Shown here: one piece after another, positions 41,997-52,792 of the stretch | Layout: every line of letters begins with the position of its first letter | How positions within the stretch are numbered: the first letter of the stretch is position 1 | Source of the DNA: Ignavibacteria bacterium | GTDB taxonomy: Bacteria > Bacteroidota > Ignavibacteria > Kapaibacteriales > Kapaibacteriaceae | Assembly (NCBI GenBank): GCA_947459875.1 | Contig: CANHFG010000001.1 | Span: 43,624-107,623, forward strand | Direction: 5' to 3' | Length of the DNA stretch: 64,000 nt | Notes under the pieces: generated by a model | Database searches by the model: none | What the model saw: only the letters and a program-made list of their open reading frames with translations | Told to the model about the DNA's origin: nothing | Program-made: the position numbers and the translations under genes

Positions 41997-42857
41997 TTAC
42001 GGCTGCACCCAATTCATCATCTGCGTAAAGGCCTCGAGGAATCCCGGCGTGATGCGCTCCACCGGATGCGTCATGCCGAAGGTATGTGTTGTGTTTTCGA
42101 TAACGGTCAGATTGGGCCCACCGGGTGCATGCAGGGCAAGCTCACGGATCTCGGCAAGGGGCACCGTGAGGTCCTGCGCGGCGTGAACAAAGAGCATCCG
42201 TCCATCGAGGCGCTCAACGGCCTGCGTCAGCGATAGCCGTTCGGCGTTTTCTTCGAGGTCATCCACAAAGCTCGCGTTGATTCGCACGGTCTGCCCGGTA
42301 CGCTGGTTGTTAACGTCTACATACCCGGCACGACGCCATGCCTCGGCCTGACGCGCGGTCCAGCGTGTCCACATGCCGACGGAGTTGAGTCCGACAACGC
42401 GCAAACTCGCTGCAACGGCATCGCGATTGAGCATAAGTTCGCCGGCCGCAACCTGGGCAATGCCTCCACCGCGTGAGTGTCCGGCAATAGCCAGACGTCC
42501 GTTCCAGCGCTGCCGAAGGGCGGCGAACTCATCGTGAGAGCGAATCTGCGCCAGAAGGTCGTGTACGTCGTCGACCTCGCGCGAAAGAGTATTGCGCGCA
42601 AAGTCATCGGGCTTTTGAACAAGCCACGCCGTGTTATCCATGCCATTCAGTGAGAAGCACATACGAAGAGCAATCATACCACCTGCAGAAGCCCCTTGCG
42701 AGATCCACGGAAGAAAGCCGTAGTTGCGAAAGCCCTTATGGCCGTGCAGGATCACCAGCAGTGGATGCTGCGAGGCATCCGAAGCCGGCATTGTCACGGT
42801 CGTGTGTATGAGATCTCCATGACGGTTCTGAACGCTGATAGCTGATTCGGAGATCAC
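41997..42857 (-). CDS. Alpha/beta hydrolase
   Basis: GHSRGG nucleophile elbow, 286 aa, overlaps the trmD stop. Confidence 0.75.
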   Translation of the reverse strand: MISESAISVQNRHGDLIHTTVTMPASDASQHPLLVILHGHKGFRNYGFLPWISQGASAGGMIALRMCFSLNGMDNTAWLVQKPDDFARNTLSREVDDVHDLLAQIRSHDEFAALRQRWNGRLAIAGHSRGGGIAQVAAGELMLNRDAVAASLRVVGLNSVGMWTRWTARQAEAWRRAGYVDVNNQRTGQTVRINASFVDDLEENAERLSLTQAVERLDGRMLFVHAAQDLTVPLAEIRELALHAPGGPNLTVIENTTHTFGMTHPVERITPGFLEAFTQMMNWVQP

Positions 42858-43567
42858 GATGCGTCCTCGCGGTCGGATAGCAGATCCGGACGCCTTTGCC
42901 GCGTGCGTTCAAGGGCCTGCTCGGCACGCCATTGACGGATCAGCGCGTGATTGCCACTCATGAGAACATCGGGCACCTTCTGTCCACGAAACTCCGCCGG
43001 CTTGGTGTAGAGTGGCGCATCAAGAAGCCCGTGCATGAATGAGTCTTCGAGTACGCTCTCGGCGTCTCCGACCACGCCCGGCACCAGACGGACGATCGCA
43101 TCGGTCAATACCGCGGCGGCGATCTCTCCACCGGTCAGTACGTAATCTCCGACAGAGATCTCGCGGGTGACGAGGACGTCGCGGATGCGCTGATCGATGC
43201 CTTTATAGTGTCCGCATAGCAGGATCATCGAACCTTTCAGCGATAGCTCGTTGCACGTCCGCTGTTCGAGCACGGCACCATCCGGACAGAGGTAGATGAC
43301 CTCTTCGTAGGCGCGCTCATTCTGCAGTGATTCGATGCAGCGGAAGACCGGTTCACATTGGATGACCATGCCGGCGCCTCCACCGTACGGTGTATCGTCG
43401 ATGTGGCGGAACGTATCGGTTGCATAGTCATGCAGATTGTGCAGCACGATCTCTGCAAGCCCCTTCTGACGGGCACGCCCGACGATCGAAGTAGAGATGA
43501 ACGACTCGAGGATCTGTGGCACCACGCAGACAATGTCGATGCGGATCGGCGATTCAAGCATCGTCAC
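42854..43567 (-). CDS. trmD: tRNA (guanine37-N1)-methyltransferase
   Basis: DDTPYGGGAGMVI, LLCGHYKGIDQRI, GDYVLTGGE and SGNH motifs. Confidence 0.9.
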   Translation of the reverse strand: MTMLESPIRIDIVCVVPQILESFISTSIVGRARQKGLAEIVLHNLHDYATDTFRHIDDTPYGGGAGMVIQCEPVFRCIESLQNERAYEEVIYLCPDGAVLEQRTCNELSLKGSMILLCGHYKGIDQRIRDVLVTREISVGDYVLTGGEIAAAVLTDAIVRLVPGVVGDAESVLEDSFMHGLLDAPLYTKPAEFRGQKVPDVLMSGNHALIRQWRAEQALERTRQRRPDLLSDREDAS

Positions 43568-44102
43568 GCTCCTCGTCGGCAGTACCCAGCTCGGCCAGTC
43601 CCGGCAGCAGGCGTATGGTTATCAACCGTGCCTGCGGATCGACCTTGAGAATCACATCGTCGATCACCGGCAGGGGGATCGTGCGGCCGCCGGGTAGTGT
43701 CATAACCCAGACATCGTTGGCAGGCATCAGCCATACATCAGTGATCGTCCCGAGGGTTTCGCCCGACTCATCAATGACCGTGCATCCCTCTACGTCGCCG
43801 ATGCGAAAGCGGCTCGATGCATCAATGCCGACATCCGAAGAACGGGCGTAAACAGCCTGATCGACGAGGGGCGTCACGGCTTCGGCCGTGACCACATCGC
43901 GCAGTCGCAGAGTTGTGCGAAACGCGGTCGATTCAAAGTGCGCAACCACGTGTGGCTGGGCAAAGTCACGACTGTAGCCGATGGCCACCTCAGAGCCCGG
44001 TGCAAGGGGGCGAGGCAGGACGACAACGTCCGTCAGGACCATCGTTCCATCGAGTCCATGCGAGCGTGTGATCACGCCCAGATACTCGTCAAACGTGCTC
44101 AT
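43554..44102 (-). CDS. rimM: Ribosome maturation factor RimM
   Basis: YLGVITRSHGLDGTMVL N-terminus, PRC-barrel C-terminus, located upstream of trmD. Confidence 0.85.
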   Translation of the reverse strand: MSTFDEYLGVITRSHGLDGTMVLTDVVVLPRPLAPGSEVAIGYSRDFAQPHVVAHFESTAFRTTLRLRDVVTAEAVTPLVDQAVYARSSDVGIDASSRFRIGDVEGCTVIDESGETLGTITDVWLMPANDVWVMTLPGGRTIPLPVIDDVILKVDPQARLITIRLLPGLAELGTADEERDDA

Positions 44103-44144
44103 TACTGCTGCAGCGTCGGTCGTGGCTGGTACGTACGCCGCCGA

Positions 44145-45008
44145 TCAACCTAGATAGGTACGCAGTGCCTTGCTCCGGGAGGCGTGACGCAGGCGACGGA
44201 TGGCCTTTTCCTTGATCTGGCGCACGCGTTCACGCGTGAGGTTGAACTTCTCGCCGATCTCTTCAAGCGTCAAAGCCTGCTGATCATCAAGTCCGAAGTA
44301 CAGACGGATGACTTCGGCCTCGCGCTCGCTGAGTGTGTTGAGCACCTGCTGCACTTCCACACGCAGTGACTCACGCATCAGCTCGCTATCCGGCGGCGGC
44401 TGCTGGTCATTGGGCAGAATGTCCAGAAGTCGATTGTCTTCGCCCTGCACGAAAGGTGCGTCCACCGACAGGTGGCGACCGGAGATTTTGATCGTTTCCG
44501 AGATTTCCGCGATCGACATTTCCAGCTGCTCGGCAAGTTCGGCTGCTGTCGGTTCACGCTCGTACTGCTGTTCGAGTTCGGAAAACTTCTTGCCGATCTT
44601 GTTCAGAGCGCCCACACGGTTGAGCGGCAGACGCACGATCCGTGACTGTTCGGCCAATGCCTGAAGAATGCTCTGGCGGATCCACCACACGGCATAGGAA
44701 ATGAACTTGAAGCCCCGTGTTTCATCGAAGCGCTTGGCAGCTTTGATCAAACCTAGGTTTCCTTCGTTGATCAGGTCACCCAGCGACAGACCCTGATTCT
44801 GGTACTGCTTGGCCACGGACACGACGAAGCGAAGGTTTGCCTTGACTAGCCGCTCAAGTGCCTGCGCACCCTCAAAGCCACCCTTACGGATGGTCTGTGC
44901 CAGCACGATCTCGTCATCACCTGTGAGAAGATCGACGCGGCCGATCTCCTGAAGGTACTTGTCGAGTGACTGACTCTCGCGGTTGGTGTACTGTTTGGTA
45001 ATCCTCAT
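44145..45008 (-). CDS. rpoD: Primary RNA polymerase sigma factor (short sigma-A lacking region 1.1)
   Basis: Region 2-4 motifs ([76 protein letters not shown]), 287 aa. Confidence 0.92.
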   Translation of the reverse strand: MRITKQYTNRESQSLDKYLQEIGRVDLLTGDDEIVLAQTIRKGGFEGAQALERLVKANLRFVVSVAKQYQNQGLSLGDLINEGNLGLIKAAKRFDETRGFKFISYAVWWIRQSILQALAEQSRIVRLPLNRVGALNKIGKKFSELEQQYEREPTAAELAEQLEMSIAEISETIKISGRHLSVDAPFVQGEDNRLLDILPNDQQPPPDSELMRESLRVEVQQVLNTLSEREAEVIRLYFGLDDQQALTLEEIGEKFNLTRERVRQIKEKAIRRLRHASRSKALRTYLG

Positions 45009-45122
45009 GAAGGGCTCTCAGCGGCAGAAGGTTTTGAACGATGGATGGCATGCCGTATGCGTCGGCGCGAGTCAGGACGTAGTAGCTGCGACCTTCGTGC
45101 ATCCGGGCAAGGGGCTGCAAAT

Positions 45123-46757
45123 TTAGTGATCTGCGGGCAATTCCGACGACAGCAATTGACGATAGGTGTCGGTGCGGAGGATCTCGATGGCTCGTCCCAC
45201 CGATGGGGTCAGCGGAATGAAAAACCGATCGCGATCGCGGGACGTTCCGAAGCGCGTGCGGATCTCCATGTCGATCAGCCGCAGAATGTCGTTCTGCTGA
45301 CGTCGGATAGACTGGATCTGGTCGCGCTCGACTGAACGGCGAGCCCCCTCCAGAGCCACAATGGACGTCTTCGGCAGCCGGTACTTCTGGGCTAGCTCCT
45401 CGGCATCTGCCAGACCGCTCAGGAGCTTGCTCCGCTTGCGTGCCGGTTGCTGATCGACAAAGCGCAGAAAACTGTCGAACATGCGGGCATCGGCGGCGAA
45501 CCCGGCGGGTAGATCGCTCATGCCGGCAGCGGTGCGTGTGGCAAATCGCTGGATGAGATTCGACGACATCAGTTCGTTGACAAGGGGCGAGAAGATCGAA
45601 TCGCTCACCACCAGGTCCGGATCAATGCCATGCGTGCCGGAGACGCGACGGCCGGCAAATGTGCGATATGCGGTCGTGTCGACATCGTCCTTCAAGGTTC
45701 GGTAGTTCCTGCGCTGAATGCATCGACCGGAAGGCGTGTAATAGCGCGCGGTGGTGAGCTTCAGGATGGCGTTGTCGGACAGCGGTACGATCGACTGAAC
45801 CAGTCCCTTTCCGAAGGAACGGATACCGACGATCACCGCTCTGTCGAGATCCTGCAACGCGCCGGCAACGATCTCGCTGGCGCTCGCGGAGAACTCGTTG
45901 ATCAGCACCACGAGCGGGAGGGTCGGTTCGATGGGGACAGCGTCCGATCGGTACTCGATGGAGGATTCATCGAATCTGCCCTTCGTGGAGACGATGGGAC
46001 TACCTGTCGGCACAAACGTTTCCACGACGTCGATGGCCGCCTCGAGAAGGCCACCGGGATTGCCCCGCAGGTCGAGAACGAGTCCGGTCATGTTCGATCG
46101 TGAACGCAGCGACGCGATGCACTGACGCAGCTCGGCACCGGTCTTCTTGCTGAACCTCTCCAAGCTGATATATCCGATGCCTGACGGCAGAACGTCGCTG
46201 TATCCGATCGATTCCAGGTCGAGCTCCAGCCGCGCTAGTGTGAACGTCAGGGTATCCGGACGGCCCTCGCGGAGGATCTTCAGGCGAGCCTGCGATCCGG
46301 GTTTGCCGCGGGTGTACGGTCGGAGATTCTCCGACTGCATGGTGTCAGTTCGTACGCTGTCGATAGCCAGCAGATGGTCGCCTATGCGGATGCCGGCCTT
46401 ACGCGCTGGACCCGACTCGCGAAGGTCCGTGATCGTAAGGAGGCTGTCGGGGTTTGATACCGTAATGCCGAACCCGACGTATGATCCCGTGGTGACGGTT
46501 TCGATTTCGTCGGTCTCGTCTTCGATGTAATACTCGCTGTACGGATCAAGGTAGCCGAGCATGGCGCTGACGCCAACGTCCACGAGCTCTGTCGGATTGA
46601 CATCATCGACGTAGCGCGTGTTGACCTCGCGAAAGACCGCGTTGAAGGTCTCGATCGCCTTGGCCAGGCGTAGATACGTCGAATCATCGTCGACTCGCGC
46701 CACGGCGCTTGCCGCTGCGCAGCCGAGCAGGATACTGATGATCAGTGGTCGGATCAT
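45123..46757 (-). CDS. S41 family C-terminal processing peptidase
   Basis: Signal peptide, PDZ region, then GLVLDLRGNPGG...SASASE...GIRSFGKGLVQS catalytic motifs. Confidence 0.88.
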   Translation of the reverse strand: MIRPLIISILLGCAAASAVARVDDDSTYLRLAKAIETFNAVFREVNTRYVDDVNPTELVDVGVSAMLGYLDPYSEYYIEDETDEIETVTTGSYVGFGITVSNPDSLLTITDLRESGPARKAGIRIGDHLLAIDSVRTDTMQSENLRPYTRGKPGSQARLKILREGRPDTLTFTLARLELDLESIGYSDVLPSGIGYISLERFSKKTGAELRQCIASLRSRSNMTGLVLDLRGNPGGLLEAAIDVVETFVPTGSPIVSTKGRFDESSIEYRSDAVPIEPTLPLVVLINEFSASASEIVAGALQDLDRAVIVGIRSFGKGLVQSIVPLSDNAILKLTTARYYTPSGRCIQRRNYRTLKDDVDTTAYRTFAGRRVSGTHGIDPDLVVSDSIFSPLVNELMSSNLIQRFATRTAAGMSDLPAGFAADARMFDSFLRFVDQQPARKRSKLLSGLADAEELAQKYRLPKTSIVALEGARRSVERDQIQSIRRQQNDILRLIDMEIRTRFGTSRDRDRFFIPLTPSVGRAIEILRTDTYRQLLSSELPADH

Positions 46758-48202
46758 CTGGCGAGGCGCTCAGCGATGGCCTGGGCCAGACCCGAGGCCG
46801 GCAGGCGCACCTGCTGCATCGAGTCGCGCTCGCGAAGAGTGACCGTCGCATCGGATACCGTCTGCCCGTCGACGGTGACGCAGAACGGTGTGCCGACTTC
46901 ATCCTGACGCCGGTAGCGTCGGCCAATGGCGCCGGACGTATCGTAGTCCACCCGAAACTGGCGCTGCAGGTCGGCCATGATCGATTCCGCCGCCTCCGGC
47001 ATGCCGTCTTTGTTGACCAGTGGCAACACGGCCACCGTGACCGGCGCTAGCGAGGGCTTCAGACGCAGCACCACACGCGTTTCCGAACCGCCGTCACCAT
47101 TGGGGATCTCCTCCTCGGTGTATGCATCACAGAGAACGGCCATAAAGGTTCGTGTTGCTCCTACCGCTGTCTCAATAACGTAGGGAACAAAACGGTCCTT
47201 GGTTGCTGCATCGACATACTCAAGCTTCTTGCCCGAGAACTCCTGGTGCCGACCAAGGTCAAAGTCCGTACGCGAATGGATACCTTCGACCTCACCCCAT
47301 CCGAAGGGGAAGAGGTACTCGATGTCTTCGGCCGCCGCCGCATAGTGTGCAAGCTTCTCATGGGGCTTGCGGTGCAGGCGCTCCGGGTCGATGCCGAGCG
47401 TTTGTACAAACCAGTTCCAGCGCGCCGTACGCCAGTATTCGAACCACTCGACCTCTGTGCCGGGCTTGACGAAGAACTGCATCTCCATCTGCTCGAATTC
47501 GCGTGTTCGGAACAGAAAATTCTTGGTATTGATCTCGTTCCGGAAGCTCTTACCGATCTGCGCGATGCCGAACGGCGGCTTCATGCGCGAAGATTCCATC
47601 ACGTTCTTGAAGTTCACGAAGATCCCCTGCGCCGTCTCGGGTCGCAGGTACACCACATTAGCCGCATCGGCCACAGGGCCGACGTGCGTCTCGAACATCA
47701 GGTTGAAGTTGCGGACCTCGGTCCAGTCCGTGGTGCCTGAGATCGGATCGGGAATGGCGTTCGACATGATGATCTGGTGGAGATCATCATTGGAGCCGGC
47801 CGCATTCAGTGCTTCCTCAATGGCCGCTGCCTGATCGGTCCTTCCCTTGTTGCGAAGACGCGTGATGTAGTCTTCGATCAGATTGTCGGCCCGGTGCCGC
47901 GACTTCGACGTCTTGTTATCGATCATCGGATCCGAGAACTGCTGAATATGCCCCGAGGCCTCCCACACGCGCGGGTGCATGAGGATCGAAGAGTCGATGC
48001 CTACGATATCCGGACGGAAGGTCATGGCCTTCCACCAGGAGTCCTTGATGTTGCGCAGCAGTTCCACGCCCAGCGGACCGAAGTCCCAGCATCCATTCAG
48101 ACCGCCGTAGATCTCCGACGACTGGTAAACAAACCCCTTGCGCTTGGAAAGCGACAGGATCGCATCGATCGATGTTGTGGAAGCCATATCCTCGCTGAGC
48201 AC
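46754..48202 (-). CDS. glyQS: Glycine--tRNA ligase (homodimeric class II type)
   Basis: RKGFVYQSSEIYGGLNGCWDFGPLG, FRNE and class II motifs, 482 aa. Confidence 0.92.
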   Translation of the reverse strand: MLSEDMASTTSIDAILSLSKRKGFVYQSSEIYGGLNGCWDFGPLGVELLRNIKDSWWKAMTFRPDIVGIDSSILMHPRVWEASGHIQQFSDPMIDNKTSKSRHRADNLIEDYITRLRNKGRTDQAAAIEEALNAAGSNDDLHQIIMSNAIPDPISGTTDWTEVRNFNLMFETHVGPVADAANVVYLRPETAQGIFVNFKNVMESSRMKPPFGIAQIGKSFRNEINTKNFLFRTREFEQMEMQFFVKPGTEVEWFEYWRTARWNWFVQTLGIDPERLHRKPHEKLAHYAAAAEDIEYLFPFGWGEVEGIHSRTDFDLGRHQEFSGKKLEYVDAATKDRFVPYVIETAVGATRTFMAVLCDAYTEEEIPNGDGGSETRVVLRLKPSLAPVTVAVLPLVNKDGMPEAAESIMADLQRQFRVDYDTSGAIGRRYRRQDEVGTPFCVTVDGQTVSDATVTLRERDSMQQVRLPASGLAQAIAERLAR

Positions 48203-48303
48203 GTAATGAAAAGAGCGTTAAAATACGAAGTCGACGCCGTTGCGTAGTTTTGGCCGTTGTAGCGCCGAACGTGCGCCCCTGCATGCATTTCATCGCCCCC
48301 TGA

Positions 48304-50304
48304 ATGAACATTACCCGCTTTTTCACGTCCGGACTTTTGCTCCTTGTCCTGCAGTTATGCGGCCTTACCTCCGGCGCGATTGCACAGATGCCCTCGGCAC
48401 GCGACAAGGTCACGTTTTCCTCCATAGCGGCATGCTCGCTCAAGGCCGGCGACACGGCAACAATCATCGTCAAGGGCCGTATTGCCAAGCACTGGCACAG
48501 TTATGGGCTGACGCCGGCCGTGGGACCGGACGGACTCGGCCCGGATGCAACGGTTGTCAGTGTTGCCCCTGGTGGGATTCTCAAGCTTGCCGGCAAGCCA
48601 CGCATCATCAAGGGGGCTCACTCGGCCTTCGACAAGACATGGGAGACCACCGTCGAGGAGATCGCCGGTTCTTTTGAAGTCGCCGTACCCGTGCGTGCCT
48701 CAACATCACTACCGGTGGGGCAGCACAAGGCAAAGGTCATCGTGACAATGCAGTTGTGCGACACCTCGGCATGTCTGCCCTCGGAGGATATGCCGCTGCC
48801 GGTTACTCTTGTTGTTACCCAAGCGGCCACCACATCCGACGCGCCGTTCGACGATCTGGGTGAGGTTGCTACTGTGAAACCAGCAGCAGCTGCCGCAAAC
48901 GCACCGATCGTTGAGGACACTCAAAGCGAGATCGCGACGGAGAAGCGCAAGGGTCTGGTGAGCTTTTTCCTTTACGCAATGGGCGTTGGATTTCTTGCTT
49001 TGCTCACGCCGTGTGTGTTCCCGATGATCCCGATCACGGTCTCGTTCTTTACAAAGCGGCACGAAAAGCATCGCGGCTCGGGCATGCGCGACAGTGCGCT
49101 CTTCGGCCTCGGCATCATCTCAACGTTCACAGCCGTCGGCATTCTGGCCTCGGTCATCTTCGGTGGTACGGCCGTGCAGGACCTTGCAGCGAATCCCTGG
49201 ATGAATCTCGGCATCGGTCTGCTCTTCATGGTACTGGCCTTCAACCTCTTCGGATCCTTTGAGATCCAGGTGCCGGTGTCGATCATGAATGCTCTTAACA
49301 AGAAGTCACAGGGAGACGGTACCGTGTCGGTTCTGCTCATGGGGCTGACCTTTTCGCTGACGTCGTTCACCTGTACGGTGCCGTTTGTGGGGACGCTTCT
49401 GCTGAGTGCTTCCGGGGGCGACTATCTCTATCCGGCTGTCGGCACGTTTGGCTTTGCCACGGCCTTTGCGATTCCCTTCGTGCTTCTGTCGATGTTTCCG
49501 TCGCTGCTGGTGCGTCTGCCTCGGGCAGGAGGCTGGATGAACAACCTCAAAGTGGTAATGGGATTTCTCGAGATCGCTGCCGCTGTGAAGTTCTTCTCGA
49601 CGGCCGAGTTCATCTTCGGTCTCGGACTCCTTCCGCGTGAGGTGTTCCTTGCTGTCTGGGCTGGCGTCTGCCTTCTGATCGTACTCTATCTGCTGGGTAC
49701 CTTCAGAATGACCCTCGATACTCCCGTCGAACGCGTCGGTGGCCTTCGAGCTTTTTTTGCTGTGATCTTTGCCACGCTCACTCTGTGGTTCACAGGCGGC
49801 ATGCTAGGTAAGCCCCTTGCTGCCGACCTTGAAGCGCTGCTGCCACCGGAGAACTATCATCAGCTACTGGATCAGATGAACGGCGCTCCGGCTGTGTCTG
49901 CGGCGCCGACAACCTCCGAAACGTCATCGGCCGGTCACGGCGGACTGACGTGGTTGAATGATCTTGAGAAGGCCAAGAAGATCGCACGCCAGGAGGGGAA
50001 GCCCATCTTCATAGACTTCACGGGGTTTGCCTGCGTAAACTGCCGACTCATGGAAAAGGAAGTGTTCCCCAAGCCCGAGGTGGTTGAGCAATTCAAGAAG
50101 TTCGTCCTCGTGCAGCTCTACACCGACAGGAAGTCTGAGCCATACATCACCAATCAGAATATTCTGAAAACCTATGGCACGGTGGCCAATCCGCTCTATG
50201 TAATGCTCCGCCCCGACGGGAGTTATGTGGCGCAGTCAGGGTATCAGACGCAGTTTCGTTCGGACCCATCGACGTTTCTGGCCTTTCTGTCTCAGGCTCT
50301 CTGA
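48304..50304 (+). CDS. dsbD: Thiol:disulfide interchange protein DsbD
   Basis: Signal peptide, an N-terminal periplasmic domain, a TM core with PCVFPMIP and conserved Cys, and a C-terminal thioredoxin fold (GFACVNCR). Confidence 0.88.
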   Translation: MNITRFFTSGLLLLVLQLCGLTSGAIAQMPSARDKVTFSSIAACSLKAGDTATIIVKGRIAKHWHSYGLTPAVGPDGLGPDATVVSVAPGGILKLAGKPRIIKGAHSAFDKTWETTVEEIAGSFEVAVPVRASTSLPVGQHKAKVIVTMQLCDTSACLPSEDMPLPVTLVVTQAATTSDAPFDDLGEVATVKPAAAAANAPIVEDTQSEIATEKRKGLVSFFLYAMGVGFLALLTPCVFPMIPITVSFFTKRHEKHRGSGMRDSALFGLGIISTFTAVGILASVIFGGTAVQDLAANPWMNLGIGLLFMVLAFNLFGSFEIQVPVSIMNALNKKSQGDGTVSVLLMGLTFSLTSFTCTVPFVGTLLLSASGGDYLYPAVGTFGFATAFAIPFVLLSMFPSLLVRLPRAGGWMNNLKVVMGFLEIAAAVKFFSTAEFIFGLGLLPREVFLAVWAGVCLLIVLYLLGTFRMTLDTPVERVGGLRAFFAVIFATLTLWFTGGMLGKPLAADLEALLPPENYHQLLDQMNGAPAVSAAPTTSETSSAGHGGLTWLNDLEKAKKIARQEGKPIFIDFTGFACVNCRLMEKEVFPKPEVVEQFKKFVLVQLYTDRKSEPYITNQNILKTYGTVANPLYVMLRPDGSYVAQSGYQTQFRSDPSTFLAFLSQAL

Positions 50305-50777
50305 TGTTGCCGGTCGAGATCGTCCCGGTCAGGCGTGAGCACTTTGCCGAGTTCTTTGCGCTGGTGGTGATGCTTGCTGAATATGAGAAGCTCGACCCTC
50401 CATCGGATGAGGCCCGCGAGCGCCTTATGCATGACATCTGCGGAGACTCTCCGCGCATAGAGGCCATGTTGGCGATCGATGGGCAGGGGAAGGCCCTCGG
50501 ATACGCCATCACCCTGGAAACATATTCGTCTTTTCTGGCGCTGCCAACGATGTATCTCGAGGACATATTTGTGCGCGAGGACGCACGCTCGCTTGGTGTG
50601 GGGTCGATGCTCTTCGATGCCGTGATCGCTCTGGGCCGCGAGCGTGGCTGCGGACGCGTCGACTGGCAGGTTCTTGATTGGAACAAGCTCGCCCGCGACT
50701 TCTATGAGCGTCGTGGCGCAGCACCAATGAAGGAGTGGATGCTCTACAGGATCGACCTTACGGCCGACCTGTCCTGA
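50304..50777 (+). CDS. GNAT family N-acetyltransferase
   Basis: Acetyl-CoA binding motif RSLGVGSMLFDAVIALGRERG, 157 aa. Confidence 0.75.
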   Translation: MLPVEIVPVRREHFAEFFALVVMLAEYEKLDPPSDEARERLMHDICGDSPRIEAMLAIDGQGKALGYAITLETYSSFLALPTMYLEDIFVREDARSLGVGSMLFDAVIALGRERGCGRVDWQVLDWNKLARDFYERRGAAPMKEWMLYRIDLTADLS

Positions 50778-51648
50778 CAAGGACATTATCGATCAGGCGC
50801 GTACTGCCCAGTCGGGCGGCGATCAGCAAGGCGAACTCGTCGCACACCCCGGGCGAAGCCGGACGTCGAAGGGTCGAAGCGTCCACTGCAACCGCGTAAT
50901 CGATCTCAAGTCTCGGCACACCCCTCAGCACGTCAAGCATGGCCTGCTCGACAGCATCGAGATCATGCATGCCCCCTTTAAGAAGCTCAGCTCCGCGGGT
51001 CAGCGCCGCAAAGATCACGGGCGCCTCACGGCGGTCCTCTGCCGAGAGGTACACGTTCCGTGAGCTTCGCGCAAGTCCGTCAGGTTCCCGCACTGTCGGC
51101 AGCACTTCAACGCGCACGCGCTGAACGCTCTCAAGGGGCGAAGAGCGAACCAGCTCCCGGATAATCAGCGTCTGCTGCAGGTCCTTTTGACCGAAGTACG
51201 CCACATCGGGTAGCATCGCCTCAAACAGGCGCGAGACCACCGTTGCCACGCCATCGAAATGCGTTGGCCGAGAAGCCCCCTCAAGAACTTCACTCACCCC
51301 CGCGATATGGATGCTTGAGCGCGGACCCCCGGGGTAGATCTGATCGACCGTGGGAGTGAAGACGTGTGTTGCTCCGGCCTGGTGGACGATCTCAAGGTCG
51401 TGGGCTAGATCACGCGGGTAGCGCGCGTAGTCCTCATTCGGCCCGAACTGCGTGGGGTTGACGAAGATCGAGACAACCACGACCGGATGCCGCTCGGACG
51501 CATGACGGATCAGCGATGCATGCCCGTCGTGCAGGTAGCCCATCGTGGGAACGCACCCAACGCTGAGCCCATCGGCGCGTACGCTCTGAACGACCGACTG
51601 CATCTCGTCGACGGTTTCGACAACTGATATGTCACGTTTGCGCGTCAT
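50758..51648 (-). CDS. panC: Pantoate--beta-alanine ligase
   Basis: GCVPTMGYLHDGHASLI (HIGH-like) and VVVSIFVNPTQF motifs. The internal ATG (MTRKRD) aligns with canonical PanC N-termini; the ORF track starts at 51684. Confidence 0.88.
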   Translation of the reverse strand: MTRKRDISVVETVDEMQSVVQSVRADGLSVGCVPTMGYLHDGHASLIRHASERHPVVVVSIFVNPTQFGPNEDYARYPRDLAHDLEIVHQAGATHVFTPTVDQIYPGGPRSSIHIAGVSEVLEGASRPTHFDGVATVVSRLFEAMLPDVAYFGQKDLQQTLIIRELVRSSPLESVQRVRVEVLPTVREPDGLARSSRNVYLSAEDRREAPVIFAALTRGAELLKGGMHDLDAVEQAMLDVLRGVPRLEIDYAVAVDASTLRRPASPGVCDEFALLIAARLGSTRLIDNVLVRTGRP

Positions 51649-51708
51649 GATGCTCGAAGATATCGACAGCCGATCAAGTTTCACGTTCCCTAATCCCTAG
51701 ATTCGCAC

Positions 51709-52773
51709 ATGCCACTACCAATAGACCGCGCGGCGATGCCGCGACTCGAAGCAGATGCCGTTGCATCTCTCAAGCTTATCAATGTTCCCAGTGATCACAT
51801 GTTCATCGCTGAGTATTCGCATGGAGAGTGGCGTAAAGCCCGTATCCAGGCCTACCGACCTGTGCCGTTTTCGCCTCTTGCCCTGGGTCTGCACTATGCA
51901 CAGATCGTCTTTGAGGGTATGAAGGCCTATCACATGCAGGACGGACGCGTTGGTGTGTTTCGCACGCCGCGGCACCAGGAGAGATTTACGATCTCCCTTG
52001 AGCGTATGCTCATGCCTCCGGTGCCGGCCGAGCTCTTCGCCGAGGCGATCCACACGCTGGTGGATGTTGATCGCCAGTGGGTGCCGCCGGGACCTGATGC
52101 GTCGTACTACATCCGTCCTTTTGTGATCGCCACCGAGGAGCGCATGGGGCTGAAAGCCGCCGATGAGTTTTCCTTTATGGTCGTCGGCGGACCGTTCAAG
52201 CCGGTCTATACTCGCCCCCTTCGCGTCAAGGTCGAACGGGAGTTCACACGTGCGGCACCCGGGGGCACGGGGTACGCAAAATGCGCCGGTAACTATGCGG
52301 CAGCAATGTATCCGACGAAGCTGGCGCAGGATGCGGGATTCGATCAGGTTATCTGGACCGATGCCAAGCAGCACGACCACGTAGAAGAGTCGGGAACGAT
52401 GAATCTGATGTTCTTCATTGATGGTGCGCTGGTGACGCCTCCGACGGGCGACACCATTCTCAAGGGCGTTACGCGAGAGAGCGTTATCCAGATCGCCCGT
52501 GATCTTGGCTACGATGTAATCGAGCGCCCGATCTCCGTCGAGGAACTTACCGAGGGGATCCCGAGCGGACGGGTGACCGAGGCCTTCGGCGTAGGCACGG
52601 CAGCTTCGGTTGCTCCTATTGCCACAATCTCTGTTGACGGAACGGACTATCAGCTGCGCGTCGATGATGATTGCCGGATGTTTGCTCTTAAGAACAGGCT
52701 CAATGACATTCGCTTTGGACGTGTCGAGGATGTGCACGGTTGGATGACGATCGTTGACGGGACAGCCCGGTAA
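51709..52773 (+). CDS. ilvE: Branched-chain amino acid aminotransferase
   Basis: Class IV aminotransferase pattern (LHYAQIVFEGMKAY...E.SGTMNLMFF...GVTRESVI), 354 aa. The opposite-strand ORF 51715..52878 is its antisense. Confidence 0.9.
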   Translation: MPLPIDRAAMPRLEADAVASLKLINVPSDHMFIAEYSHGEWRKARIQAYRPVPFSPLALGLHYAQIVFEGMKAYHMQDGRVGVFRTPRHQERFTISLERMLMPPVPAELFAEAIHTLVDVDRQWVPPGPDASYYIRPFVIATEERMGLKAADEFSFMVVGGPFKPVYTRPLRVKVEREFTRAAPGGTGYAKCAGNYAAAMYPTKLAQDAGFDQVIWTDAKQHDHVEESGTMNLMFFIDGALVTPPTGDTILKGVTRESVIQIARDLGYDVIERPISVEELTEGIPSGRVTEAFGVGTAASVAPIATISVDGTDYQLRVDDDCRMFALKNRLNDIRFGRVEDVHGWMTIVDGTAR

Positions 52774-52792
52774 ACTGCGCAGAGATGTTTTC